Assembly: GCF_000406145.1 (NCBI RefSeq)
Contig: NZ_CM001976.1
Span: forward strand, 1,682,551-1,714,550
DNA: 32,000 bases
From: Dickeya dadantii NCPPB 898
Lineage (GTDB): Bacteria > Pseudomonadota > Gammaproteobacteria > Enterobacterales > Enterobacteriaceae
Direction: 5' to 3'
Positions 14,934 to 23,921 of the stretch are shown here, one piece after another; position 1 is the stretch's first letter, and each line of letters opens with the position of its first letter. The notes below the pieces were generated by a model that was not told the DNA's origin, did not search any database, and was given only the letters and a program-made list of their open reading frames with translations. The position numbers and the translations under genes were made by a program.

Positions 14934-16534
14934 AGGGTATCTCCTGTGGTGCGCCAGCGGGTCATGCGCTGTTCCAGCCGCTGACCGAGGTGGTCGATCA
15001 GCGCGCCGGTGACGCCAATCAGCAGCATGCCGCTGAGGATAATGGGCATATCCAGCAGTTGCTGGGCGTTGATCATCAGGCTGCCGATGCCGGTGCCGGA
15101 CGACATGAAATATTCCGCGCCGATAGCGCCGAGCCAGGCGTAAATCATCGCCAGCCGCAGCCCGGTGAACAGCGCGGGCGCCGCGCCGGGTAGGATCAGC
15201 CGGCGCAGACGATGGAACCACGGCAGGCGCAGCACCTGCGCCACCTCCTGCAAGGCGAGGGAGCGCTGGCGCACGCCGCGATGACTGGCAACCAGCATCG
15301 GAAAGAACGCCACCAGCGCGATAAAGGTCACCTTACCGCCGTCGTCATTGCCGACCCAGGCGGTAATCAGCGGCAGCCAGGCGAACAGCGCCACCTGACG
15401 CAACAACGTTAGCGTCGGGGTAAACACCGCCTCGGCGCGCGTACTCAGCCCCAGCGCCAGCCCGGCCAGCAGACCGGCGCTCACGCCGAGGGCGCCGCCC
15501 ACCAGCGCCCGCCACAGGCTGTGACGCATGGCGTCGGGCAGCGAACCGTCGCTCACGCCATGCCAGATAGCGCGGAGAACCTCGCCGGGCGGCGGCAACA
15601 GCAGCGCGTCGACCCAACCGTGATGGCTCGCCAGTTGCCACAGCGCCAGCAACAACAGCGGCACCGCCAGCCCGATGGATTGGCCGGCGGGCGCGGCGTG
15701 CAGCCGGCCGACCGGCGGGTGCGGCCAGGCGATCAGCCGTTGGTCCAGTTGGGTGATGCCCCATTCCATCAGCAGACCGGTCAGCCCGATGACGGCGATG
15801 CACACCAACACAATATCCAACTGGAATAGCTGGCGTCCCCACACCATCAGATAGCCGATGCCCTGCGACGAGGCGAGCAGTTCCACCACAATCAGCGACA
15901 CCCAGGCTTGTGACAGCGCCAGCCGCAGGCCGGTAAACCACACCGGCAACGCGGCGGGCAGAATCAACCGGGTCAGACGAGTCAGGCGCGGCAGGCGCAG
16001 GGTGCGCGCCACGTCGAGCAACGCTGGCGGAACATCGCGTACGCCGCGCTGGCTGTGCAGTGTCACCGGCACGATCACCGCTTTGACCAGCACCGCCAGC
16101 TTGAGGCCGTCGTCGATGCCGAACAGCACCATAAACAACGGGATCCACCCCAGCGTGGGGATTTGGGCCAGCGCGTAGACGGTGGGATAAAGTAACCGTT
16201 CTGCCCGAACCGACGCCCCCATCAAGGCGCCCAGCAGCGTCCCGGCCAGCACGCCGGCGGCGAGCCCGCTGACCAGACGGTGCAAGCTGATCAAGAGCTG
16301 ACTGAGCAGATCGCCCTGTAGTAGAGAAACCGCGGTTGCCGCCACCCGTGACGGCGCGGGCAGAATTTGCGGCGGCATCCACCCAAGCGTGCTGCTGAGG
16401 CTCCACAGCAGCAACACCGCCAGCGGCAACAGCAGCGGCGCGACGATGCGCCGGGTAAGGCGCGGTGTGAGCGGGCGCGCCACCGACGGGCCTTTCATCA
16501 ACCAGGATTTATGCATGACCAAAGGCTTATTCAT
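14930..16534 (-). CDS. Tandem-fused double permease of the NitT/TauT family (AtsB-like), about 534 aa
   Basis: Two homologous halves are visible (…LSQLLISLHRLVSGL…ARTLRLPRLTRLTRLILPAALP… and …AMRHSLWRALVGG…AQVLRLPWFHRLRRLILPGAAP…). The start is uncertain: ATG 16534 is chosen, with alternatives at 16516, 16498 and 16639. Confidence 0.8.
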   Translation of the reverse strand: MNKPLVMHKSWLMKGPSVARPLTPRLTRRIVAPLLLPLAVLLLWSLSSTLGWMPPQILPAPSRVAATAVSLLQGDLLSQLLISLHRLVSGLAAGVLAGTLLGALMGASVRAERLLYPTVYALAQIPTLGWIPLFMVLFGIDDGLKLAVLVKAVIVPVTLHSQRGVRDVPPALLDVARTLRLPRLTRLTRLILPAALPVWFTGLRLALSQAWVSLIVVELLASSQGIGYLMVWGRQLFQLDIVLVCIAVIGLTGLLMEWGITQLDQRLIAWPHPPVGRLHAAPAGQSIGLAVPLLLLALWQLASHHGWVDALLLPPPGEVLRAIWHGVSDGSLPDAMRHSLWRALVGGALGVSAGLLAGLALGLSTRAEAVFTPTLTLLRQVALFAWLPLITAWVGNDDGGKVTFIALVAFFPMLVASHRGVRQRSLALQEVAQVLRLPWFHRLRRLILPGAAPALFTGLRLAMIYAWLGAIGAEYFMSSGTGIGSLMINAQQLLDMPIILSGMLLIGVTGALIDHLGQRLEQRMTRWRTTGDTL

Positions 16535-16774
16535 TTTTCTTTGTAAGCTCAGCCAAAATGAATCGATAGGGTATAAAAACCTGATTTTTCGGTGATACGC
16601 CAATGCAATAAACCGATATCTCATGTGCAAGAAATGCATATGACCTGCTATCCGGCATCGGGGCTGATTTATGCTTTTTTTTGCTGAGAAATCATGGAAA
16701 TGTTATTTACGGTGCCACGGTCGCGTTCGCTAGTTTCTCGCCATTGAAACCGCCTGCAATGAGTGGAGAAAAAC

Positions 16775-17872
16775 ATGCAACAACAACGAGATCGCCATCG
16801 TTACCGTGGCTGGGTCGGCCTGTTTAAAGGCGCAGGGCTAGTGCTGCTGACGGTCGCGACGCTGGGGAGTTCAGCACGAGCGCAGGAGGCCAAACCGGCG
16901 GAAATCCGCATCGGGCTGCCGGATCAGAGCGCGGGCAGCAAGCCGTTTATCGGCGGGCCGCTGGGGCTGGCCTATATTCGCCACAGCCTGGAACAGGCGT
17001 TTGAGCCACAGGGCATCAAGGTGCATTGGTCGTTTTTTAAAGGCGCGGGACCGGCGGTGAACGAGGCGCTGGCCAACCAGCAACTGGATGTGGCGTACCT
17101 CGGCGATCTGGCGGCGATCATCGGCCGTTCCGGCGGGCTGCCGACCCGGGTGTTGCTGGGGTCGCGCGGTTCCAGTTCGTATCTGGCGGCGACGCCGGAG
17201 TCCGGTATTGCGCGGATTGAGGACCTGCGCGGCAAACGGGTGGCGGTCTACAAAGGCACCGCCGACCAACTGTCGTTTGAGCGGGCGCTGAAAAGCGCCG
17301 GGCTGAACGAGCGGGATATCCGGGTCATCAACCTTGACTGGACCGCCGGTAAAGCGGCGCTGGCGGCCCGGCGCATCGATGCGGTGTGGGGCGGCGTGTC
17401 GCTGCTGGCGCTGCGCCCGCAGGGGATTCGCATCATTACCTCCAGCCGCGACCTGGGCTGGGCCAATACCACCCAGGCGGTGGTGCTGGCGACGCAGGAT
17501 TTTATCCAGCGCTACCCGCAGGTCACTCAACAACTGGTAGCGGTGCTGGTACAGGAAGCGCACTGGGTCAGCGACCCGGCGCATCTGGCGGACTATATCC
17601 AACTGATGGCGGACCAGAGCCAGATTCCGGCCGCGCTGTTTGAAGAGCAGTTCCGGCCGGATTCGCTCAACCTGCAAAGTTCGCCGCGTCTGGACCCGTT
17701 CCTGCGCAGCAACCTGCAGGACAGCGTGCAACGCGCCCACGCCGCCGGATTAATTCGTTCCGCGTTTTCGGTGGAGGAATGGTTGGATAGTCACGTTGTC
17801 GATCAGGCGTTGACCGACCTGAAACTGGAGCGTCAGTGGCCGAATTATGACGCCAGCGGCAAGCCCCAGTAA
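16775..17872 (+). CDS. NMT1/SsuA/AtsR-like periplasmic substrate-binding protein, 365 aa
   Basis: ATG at 16775 has GGAG 6 nt upstream. The signal-like N-terminus is ...GLVLLTVATLGSSARA/QE. The body is an SsuA-type fold (IRIGLPDQSAG..., LDVAYLGD, VAVYKGTADQ). It is divergent from the permease operon. Confidence 0.8.
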   Translation: MQQQRDRHRYRGWVGLFKGAGLVLLTVATLGSSARAQEAKPAEIRIGLPDQSAGSKPFIGGPLGLAYIRHSLEQAFEPQGIKVHWSFFKGAGPAVNEALANQQLDVAYLGDLAAIIGRSGGLPTRVLLGSRGSSSYLAATPESGIARIEDLRGKRVAVYKGTADQLSFERALKSAGLNERDIRVINLDWTAGKAALAARRIDAVWGGVSLLALRPQGIRIITSSRDLGWANTTQAVVLATQDFIQRYPQVTQQLVAVLVQEAHWVSDPAHLADYIQLMADQSQIPAALFEEQFRPDSLNLQSSPRLDPFLRSNLQDSVQRAHAAGLIRSAFSVEEWLDSHVVDQALTDLKLERQWPNYDASGKPQ

Positions 17873-17874
17873 CA

Positions 17875-17939
17875 CATTAGTCGTAACACATTAGTCGTAA
17901 CGCATTAGCCGTAACGTATTAGCAGTAACGCATTATCCG
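17875..17939. repeat. 14-bp tandem repeat of 4 full units plus a partial one: CATTAGTCGTAACA, CATTAGTCGTAACG, CATTAGCCGTAACG, TATTAGCAGTAACG, CATTATCCG
   Basis: Read directly. The array fills the whole 60-nt spacer between two convergent stop codons (17870-17872 and 17933-17935). Confidence 0.9.
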
Positions 17940-18859
17940 GCGCAGGGCGGGCGCAGCCGGTCCTGTTCCAGAATGGCGTCGATCATCAGCTGTGCCAGCG
18001 GCGACAGCGGTTTTTGCAGGCTGGAGATAATCCCGAACCGGGTCTGCATCTGCGCCCATTCCGCCGGCTGCTCGGTGAGGGCGATCTCCACCAACTGGTG
18101 GCTGTCGCGGCCGAGCGCAAACCCATCCTCGCTGGAAAAACTGATCGCCTGGGTATGGCGCAGTACGCTGAACACCGAATAGATGTGGTCGCACTGAATC
18201 TGCGGACGGTAATCCGGCTGACCGGTCAGCGCCGCCAGCACTTTGCGCATGCCGACCGGCAAATAGGGCGACGCGAGCGGGAAGCGCAGCAGGTCGTCGG
18301 GGGTGACCTGCGCCTGCAGCGCCAGCGGGTGATCGCGGTGGCAAATGAAGAAACAGCGGCGTGGGTTGAGCGGCTGCACCCGTAACTGCGGGTCAAGCTC
18401 GGCTTGCCAGGTGTCGGCCACGAAAAACGGCCACTCTTCGGCCTGCAACCGCTGGTGCAGCGCATGCCAGTTGTCGACGCAGTAGGTGACGCGCGCCCGC
18501 GGCCGCAGCGAGTGAAAGGCGGACACCGCCCGCGGGATCAGCGCCGCCGCCGGTGCCGGGCCGCAACCGAACGCCAGCTCGCCGGCGTCATCCTCGCCGA
18601 GTTGCCGCATGTCCTGAATCAACTCCCACGATAGCGCCTGCATGCGCTGGGCGAAAGGCAGCAGCTTTTTGCCCTGCCAGGTGAGGGCAAACTGCTTGCT
18701 GTGCCGATCCACCAGCGGGTGGCCGAGGGTTTGCTCCAGCGTTTGAATACTGCGGCTGAACGCGGATTGCGACAGGCAAACCGCTTCAGCCGCCTGCACG
18801 AAACTGCGGTGTTCCGCCAGCGCCAGAAAATTGCGCAGTTGCCGTAAATCCAGGTGCAT
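17933..18859 (-). CDS. LysR-family transcriptional regulator, 308 aa
   Basis: Start is ATG 18859 (GAGGA 5 nt upstream). The N-terminus is MHLDLRQLRNFLALAEHRSFVQAAEAVCLSQSAFSRSIQTLEQ. It is a paralog of the gene at 2152-3093. Confidence 0.9.
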   Translation of the reverse strand: MHLDLRQLRNFLALAEHRSFVQAAEAVCLSQSAFSRSIQTLEQTLGHPLVDRHSKQFALTWQGKKLLPFAQRMQALSWELIQDMRQLGEDDAGELAFGCGPAPAAALIPRAVSAFHSLRPRARVTYCVDNWHALHQRLQAEEWPFFVADTWQAELDPQLRVQPLNPRRCFFICHRDHPLALQAQVTPDDLLRFPLASPYLPVGMRKVLAALTGQPDYRPQIQCDHIYSVFSVLRHTQAISFSSEDGFALGRDSHQLVEIALTEQPAEWAQMQTRFGIISSLQKPLSPLAQLMIDAILEQDRLRPPCAG

Positions 18860-18960
18860 GATGTCCTCGCTCGGGGGAATATTCCGGGCAGCTTGGGCCG
18901 GTGGACTCGGGTAACGCAATGAACAAAAATGCATAACTTATAACGTGTTACCGGTTGGTC

Positions 18961-18988
18961 ATGCCGGACAGCGTCCGGCATTTTCTCC
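18961..18988 (+). terminator. Terminator-like hairpin with no obvious upstream gene
   Basis: ATGCCGGAC (18961-18969) pairs perfectly with GTCCGGCAT (18973-18981) around a 3-nt loop, followed by TTTCTCC. It lies about 100 nt upstream of the LysR start, on the opposite strand. Confidence 0.35.
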
Positions 18989-19256
18989 AGTGGCCAGGTA
19001 AGGAGGGACATAGCCTGGGCTATCCCGCGCGTACTGCGAGCGACCAAGATAGGCGACTCAGCCACGTCAGGCTGATAAGGCGCTAGCGTAAATTCTTCAT
19101 TACGCCCTACCTCGATACCATCGACATAGACGATGCAGACATTGCCAGACGAGGTCATCACAACATGTCAGCCCATCATCAGTAAATCGCATCACGCTAT
19201 GCCCGCCTTGTTTTCAGGGGATGCTATTCCCCGGCAGCCCTGTTGAGCGCGGCGTT

Positions 19257-20024
19257 TTAGGGCTGTGCCAGCGCGCAGTTTACATCCAGAATTTCTTCCG
19301 CCGAGCCGCGGTTGAACAGGCCGATAAAATCACGTCGCACCGCCAGCAGAATCAGCTCGCCCTGTGCGTTGGCGGTCAACGCCAGACCGTAGTTTTCCAT
19401 CCGATCTTCGCGCGTTTGCACATACTGATTGAGCAGTTTGAACGGATCGGTTCGCGTCAAATCGCTGCCGTTCAGCTTGATTGCCAGATAATCGTGGCCC
19501 AGCAGCGGCTGGCCGAGCGACACCCAGTCGTAACCGATATTGGCGTTTCGGGCGCGCAGCGTCTGGTAGACCTCGGGTTTCAGGCAGGAAATATGGATAT
19601 GCAACTGCCCCTGCGTGCGGCCATACAGCGAGTTGATCGCCAGCCCGAGCTTATCGTCGCCGATCGGTTTGCCCATTTGGCGCGACAAGCGGTCGCGGTA
19701 GGCCCAGGCGGCGGCGAAATAGGCGGGAGCGCCGGGTTGCAACAACAATGGGCTTTCAATGCCGCTGATGCGGTCGGTCGGGATTAGCAGGTCGTGGTAC
19801 GGGCCGCGGCGGTCTTTGAACAGGGCGTAATGACCTTGCAGATTGACCTCCAGACAGGGGGCGGGCGAGTTATTTTTCTGCTGGTTGGGAACGCACTGCT
19901 GACCGACAAACTCCCACAGTGCGTTACCGTTGCCGCGACGGGCGAAAGGCTGCCAAAAATAGAGCAGCAGGGCGACCAGCAACAGCGTCACGATCAAACC
20001 GATAAGGTATTTCTTGCGTATCAT
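19257..20024 (-). CDS. cdh: CDP-diacylglycerol pyrophosphatase, 255 aa
   Basis: Start is ATG 20024. There is an N-terminal membrane anchor (MIRKKYLIGLIVTLLLVALLLYF). Matches to E. coli Cdh include ALWEFVGQQCVPNQ, HDLLIPT and the HIT-like QLHIHISCL. The size matches Cdh (~251 aa). Confidence 0.9.
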   Translation of the reverse strand: MIRKKYLIGLIVTLLLVALLLYFWQPFARRGNGNALWEFVGQQCVPNQQKNNSPAPCLEVNLQGHYALFKDRRGPYHDLLIPTDRISGIESPLLLQPGAPAYFAAAWAYRDRLSRQMGKPIGDDKLGLAINSLYGRTQGQLHIHISCLKPEVYQTLRARNANIGYDWVSLGQPLLGHDYLAIKLNGSDLTRTDPFKLLNQYVQTREDRMENYGLALTANAQGELILLAVRRDFIGLFNRGSAEEILDVNCALAQP

Positions 20025-20074
20025 GGCTGGGTTCCGTAGAGGGGGTTGCCGCATGGTTATCGATTGCGACCCAA

Positions 20075-20123
20075 TTGTCGCAAGGTTATTTGTTGCAAGG
20101 TGATTCGTTGCAAGGTGATTCGT
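20075..20123. repeat. 15-bp tandem repeat of three units centred on GCAAGGT (cores at 20080, 20095 and 20110). Two units are the perfect copy GTTGCAAGGTGATTC.
   Basis: Read directly. The two perfect units contain the palindromic hexamer TTGCAA. The array lies 50-100 nt upstream of the cdh start codon. Confidence 0.85.
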
Positions 20124-20210
20124 CGTATGACGGCACGCCGCATGGGTGTGACTACGCGCAGCATAGTGCCGCGCGCAGATGGCGACATGATGACAGTCGG
20201 CGCAGGCCGG

Positions 20211-21110
20211 TTAGCCGGCCGACGCGCTTTCGCCGATCAACCTGCGGATAATCCGCACGACCTCTTCCACCAGCAGGCTGCGTGCGTGCTGGGGCGGAAA
20301 TATCGCCAGATAGGCGACGTCAATCTTCGGTTCAAAGGGTTTGATCAGCAGCCTGGCTTCGCTGGTGCGTGCGGTAATGGCATCGACAATCCCTACCCCT
20401 AATCCAGCGCCCGCCATGACGCAGCAATGGCGCAGCGAGGTTTCGATCGGGCTTTGCAGCACCACGTCTTGCGCGGTGATCGCCTGCGCCAGCTGTTCCC
20501 GCAGCACGGTTTTGCGCCCCGGAAGGATAGAACGGTAGTGGTTCAGGTCGTCAAGGGTGATGCCGGCGCGGTCCGCCAGTGGGTGGGTCGGCGCGACAAC
20601 CGCGACAGCCTGGGCGACGCCCAGCAGGTCGGCCTGCAATCCCTTGATCGCCGGCGTACTGTTGATAAAACCGATGTCGTATTGGTTGCTGAGCACCATC
20701 TCGGTGATCGCCAGCGTGCTTTCCACATCCATAGATAGCGCCACATCGGGGTATTTTTTCAGCAGCGAGGGGAAAATGCGCTCGGTGCAGAGGTTGGCGA
20801 GCGCGGACACCGCGCCGATGCGCAGCACGCTGCCTTTGGCGTGCCGGATGTCGTCCGCCACCCGCAGAATGTGATCCAGCCCCAGATACAGCCGTTCGAT
20901 TTCCCGAAAAAGCTTAAGTGCTTCTTCACGGGGTTCCAGCCCCCGGCCATCCCGATCAAACAGTTTTAGTTTAACCGCGTACTCAAAATCCTTGATCAGC
21001 CGGCTGACCGCCGGTTGGGTGATATTCATGATATTGGCGGCCTGTGTGATGCCGCCGGTCAGAATCACCTTATGGAATGCTTCAACCTGTCTTAAGTTGA
21101 TACGGCTCAT
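20211..21110 (-). CDS. LysR-family regulator of the OccR/NocR-like subgroup, 299 aa
   Basis: Start is ATG 21110. MSRINLRQVEAFHKVILTGGITQAANIMNITQPAVSRLIKDFE closely resembles the OccR/NocR N-terminus as I remember it. It is divergent from the ABC/catabolic operon. Confidence 0.85.
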   Translation of the reverse strand: MSRINLRQVEAFHKVILTGGITQAANIMNITQPAVSRLIKDFEYAVKLKLFDRDGRGLEPREEALKLFREIERLYLGLDHILRVADDIRHAKGSVLRIGAVSALANLCTERIFPSLLKKYPDVALSMDVESTLAITEMVLSNQYDIGFINSTPAIKGLQADLLGVAQAVAVVAPTHPLADRAGITLDDLNHYRSILPGRKTVLREQLAQAITAQDVVLQSPIETSLRHCCVMAGAGLGVGIVDAITARTSEARLLIKPFEPKIDVAYLAIFPPQHARSLLVEEVVRIIRRLIGESASAG

Positions 21111-21276
21111 AGATGTTACCAACCATAATGTTTATTTATGAATTCGGTACAAAATACGATTTTTAATTATTTTAACCAACACGTAGACTCCATCACGAAG
21201 GTTACAGTTTGTCATAGATTTGAACAAAGCGTGATGAACCCGAATGCGGGATGGATCCGAATTTAAAGGAGTAACC

Positions 21277-22815
21277 ATGAAAGGAATGTTGTTTGTTGCC
21301 GGCCTGATGACGTTAATGCCCATCGCGCAGGCAGCAGATTTGACGATTGGACTGGCGTCATCCACCACATCGATGGATCCGCAGTTCTATGTCGGCGGCG
21401 CTAATAGCGCCATGGCCCGCAATCTGTTCGACGGGCTGGTTAACCAAAACGAAAAACAACAAATTACCCCAGCTTTGGCGGTGTCGTGGAAAGCGGTTAA
21501 CGACACCACCTGGCAATTTACATTGCGACCGAACGTTAAGTTTCATGACGGCACCGATTTTAGCGCCCGGGATGTGGTGGCCAGTGTGAAACGCGTCGCG
21601 TTGGCGGCAAAAAACAGCCCCAGCGCTTACACGCCCTACGTGGCGGACATCAGCGAGATTCGTGAAATCGACCCGCTGACGGTGGAAATCAAGACCAAAG
21701 GACCGGCGGCACTGCTGCTCAACAACCTGAGCCGCATCGCGATACTGCCGGCGCGGCTGGCCGACCAGCCGACTGACGTGCTGAACGGCGGTAAAGACGT
21801 AATTGGCACCGGCCCGTTCAAATTTGTCTCCTATACCCCGGATGACAAGGTGGTGCTGAGTCGTAACGACCACTACTGGGGCGGTAAAGCCGAATGGGAC
21901 ACGGTGACGTTGCGCGTCATCAAGAACAGCAGCGCCCGCATTGCCGCCTTGCTTTCCGGCGATGTGGACATGATCGAAAGCGTGCCGACGGCGGACCGCG
22001 CCACTATCGCTCGCCAGCAGGCCTTCGCCACGGAGTCGGTGCCGGGTAACCGCATCCTGTATCTGCATCCGGATCAGGACCGCGACGTGTCGCCGTTCGC
22101 TAAAGGTGATGACGGCAAGAATCCGCTGAAAAAAGCGGAGGTGCGTCAGGCGATGTCGCTGGCGATCAACCGCGACGCGCTGGTGCAACGGATTCTCGAC
22201 GGTCAGGGGCTGCCTTCGTCGCAGTTGGTGCCACAGGGGTATCCGGGATATTCCGCCAACATACCGGCGCCGGTTTACGACCTGGCGCAGGCGAAACAGA
22301 AACTGGCGGCGGCGGGCTACCCGAACGGGTTTACCCTGACGTTCCACGCCTCGAACGATCGCTATCCCAACGACGCCAAAATCGCACAGGCGCTGGGGCA
22401 GATGTTCAGTCAGGCGGGCATCAAGACCGAGGTGGTCACCATGCCCGGCAACGTCTACTTCGCCAAGGCGGCGCAGCGTGAATTCAGCCTGGTGATGGGC
22501 GGCGCGGCGATTGAAACCGGCGAGGCATCCGGTGTGCTGGGGCCGTTGCTGGAAACCTTTGGCCCGAATGCCGGCCAGGGAAACCGGGGGCGGTATTCCA
22601 ATGCCGAATTTGACAAGCTGCTGAATCAGGCTCGCGCCACGCTGGATGAACGGCAACGCGATGCGCTGCTGCAGCAGGCGACCGAATTGGCGATGAAGGA
22701 GCAAGGGGTTATCCCGCTGCTGTTTCTCTCCAATACCTGGGCAATGAAAAAAGGCTATAGCTACGTGGGCCGCACAGACGGCTACACATTGCCCTATTTC
22801 GTTCACAAACAGTAA
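21277..22815 (+). CDS. ABC substrate-binding protein, family 5 (Dpp/Opp/Nik type), 512 aa
   Basis: ATG at 21277 has AAAGGAG upstream. The signal peptide is MKGMLFVAGLMTLMPIAQA/AD. Family-typical segments are LVNQNEKQQITPALAVSWK and VKFHDGTDFSARDV. Confidence 0.9.
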   Translation: MKGMLFVAGLMTLMPIAQAADLTIGLASSTTSMDPQFYVGGANSAMARNLFDGLVNQNEKQQITPALAVSWKAVNDTTWQFTLRPNVKFHDGTDFSARDVVASVKRVALAAKNSPSAYTPYVADISEIREIDPLTVEIKTKGPAALLLNNLSRIAILPARLADQPTDVLNGGKDVIGTGPFKFVSYTPDDKVVLSRNDHYWGGKAEWDTVTLRVIKNSSARIAALLSGDVDMIESVPTADRATIARQQAFATESVPGNRILYLHPDQDRDVSPFAKGDDGKNPLKKAEVRQAMSLAINRDALVQRILDGQGLPSSQLVPQGYPGYSANIPAPVYDLAQAKQKLAAAGYPNGFTLTFHASNDRYPNDAKIAQALGQMFSQAGIKTEVVTMPGNVYFAKAAQREFSLVMGGAAIETGEASGVLGPLLETFGPNAGQGNRGRYSNAEFDKLLNQARATLDERQRDALLQQATELAMKEQGVIPLLFLSNTWAMKKGYSYVGRTDGYTLPYFVHKQ

Positions 22816-22843
22816 ACGGTGAGTTTCTCACCTGGCGCTGGTG

Positions 22844-22940
22844 GTGAATGAAAAATGTACACCCCAAATAATTCGAAGTGCAGGACAACACGCTTGCGTG
22901 TTGAACAACACACCTGCAACTCGAAGTATGACGGGGGTAG
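22844..22940. repeat. ERIC/IRU-like imperfect palindromic intergenic repeat; a shortened, degenerate copy
   Basis: It starts with GTGAAT and contains CACCTGCAACTCGAAGTATGACGGG. That differs by one base from the ERIC core as I remember it (CACCTGCAACTTGAAGTATGACGGG). The left arm ATTCGAAGTGCAGG is the imperfect complement. There is a central 7-bp hairpin at 22886-22903. Confidence 0.5.
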
Positions 22941-23036
22941 TGCGATTTTTACGTTAACACCAGGGTTCTCCCATCAGGCCGTGTCCCGTCGTATTCCGCG
23001 GCGGGACACCCCGCCTGCAACCTTCAGGGTCACTCC

Positions 23037-23921
23037 ATGAGCGAATTCTCCGGCGTATTCCCCTATCTGGTTTCACCTGTAAAAGCGAATGGCGATGTGG
23101 ACAAAGTCGTCCTCACCGAAGTGGTCGAGCACCTTATCGCCAGCGGCGTACAGGGGTTGACGCCGCTTGGCAGCACCGGTGAATTCGCTTATCTGACTGA
23201 AAAACAGCGTTTTGATGTCGTCAGCACCGTGGTTGAAGCGGCGCGCGGTCGGGTGCCGGTGATCGCCGGCGTGGCCGCCACCACTATTCAGGATGCGCAG
23301 ACGCAGACGCGCGCCTACCTCGGTTTGGGCGTCGACGGAATTCTGGCGATTCTGGAAGCCTATTTTCCGCTGACCGACGCCGGGGTGGAGAGCTACTTTC
23401 GGGCGATTGCCGAAGCCGCGCACCCCACGCCCGTGGTGCTGTACACCAACCCCCATTTTCAGCGTTCCGACCTTAGCCTGCCGGTGATCGAGCGGTTAAG
23501 CCACGTGGAAAACATCCGCTACATCAAGGATGCTTCCACCAATACCGGTCGGCTGTTGTCGATTATTGAGCGCACCGGCGGACGCATGCAGGTCTTCGCC
23601 GCCTCGGCCCATATTCCCGCCTGCGTGATGCTGATTGGCGGCGTCGGCTGGATGGCCGGCCCGGCCTGTATCGTGCCGCGTCAGAGTCTGGCGCTGTATG
23701 ACGCCGCCAAACGCGGCGACTGGCAACTGGCGATGGAACTGCAACGTCCGTTGTGGCGGGTGAACGAAATTTTTGCCAAATACTCGGTGGCCGCCTGCAT
23801 CAAAGCCGCGCTGGAGATGCAGGGATTCGCGGTCGGCAACCCGATCGCCCCGCAACAGCCGCTGAATCATCATGCCCGGGAAGAAATCGCCAGCGTGCTG
23901 AAAGGGGTGGGCGCGTTGTGA
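23037..23921 (+). CDS. DHDPS/NanA-family (class I aldolase/lyase) protein, 294 aa
   Basis: Family landmarks are [30 protein letters not shown] and the putative Schiff-base Lys in IRYIKDAS. Confidence 0.85.
   Translation: MSEFSGVFPYLVSPVKANGDVDKVVLTEVVEHLIASGVQGLTPLGSTGEFAYLTEKQRFDVVSTVVEAARGRVPVIAGVAATTIQDAQTQTRAYLGLGVDGILAILEAYFPLTDAGVESYFRAIAEAAHPTPVVLYTNPHFQRSDLSLPVIERLSHVENIRYIKDASTNTGRLLSIIERTGGRMQVFAASAHIPACVMLIGGVGWMAGPACIVPRQSLALYDAAKRGDWQLAMELQRPLWRVNEIFAKYSVAACIKAALEMQGFAVGNPIAPQQPLNHHAREEIASVLKGVGAL

Noticed and set aside
18619-19161. 180-aa minus-strand ORF treated as a gene
   Set aside because: Its 3' two-thirds overlap the LysR gene in another frame. Only the first ~50 codons are intergenic, and I report those merely as a possible remnant.
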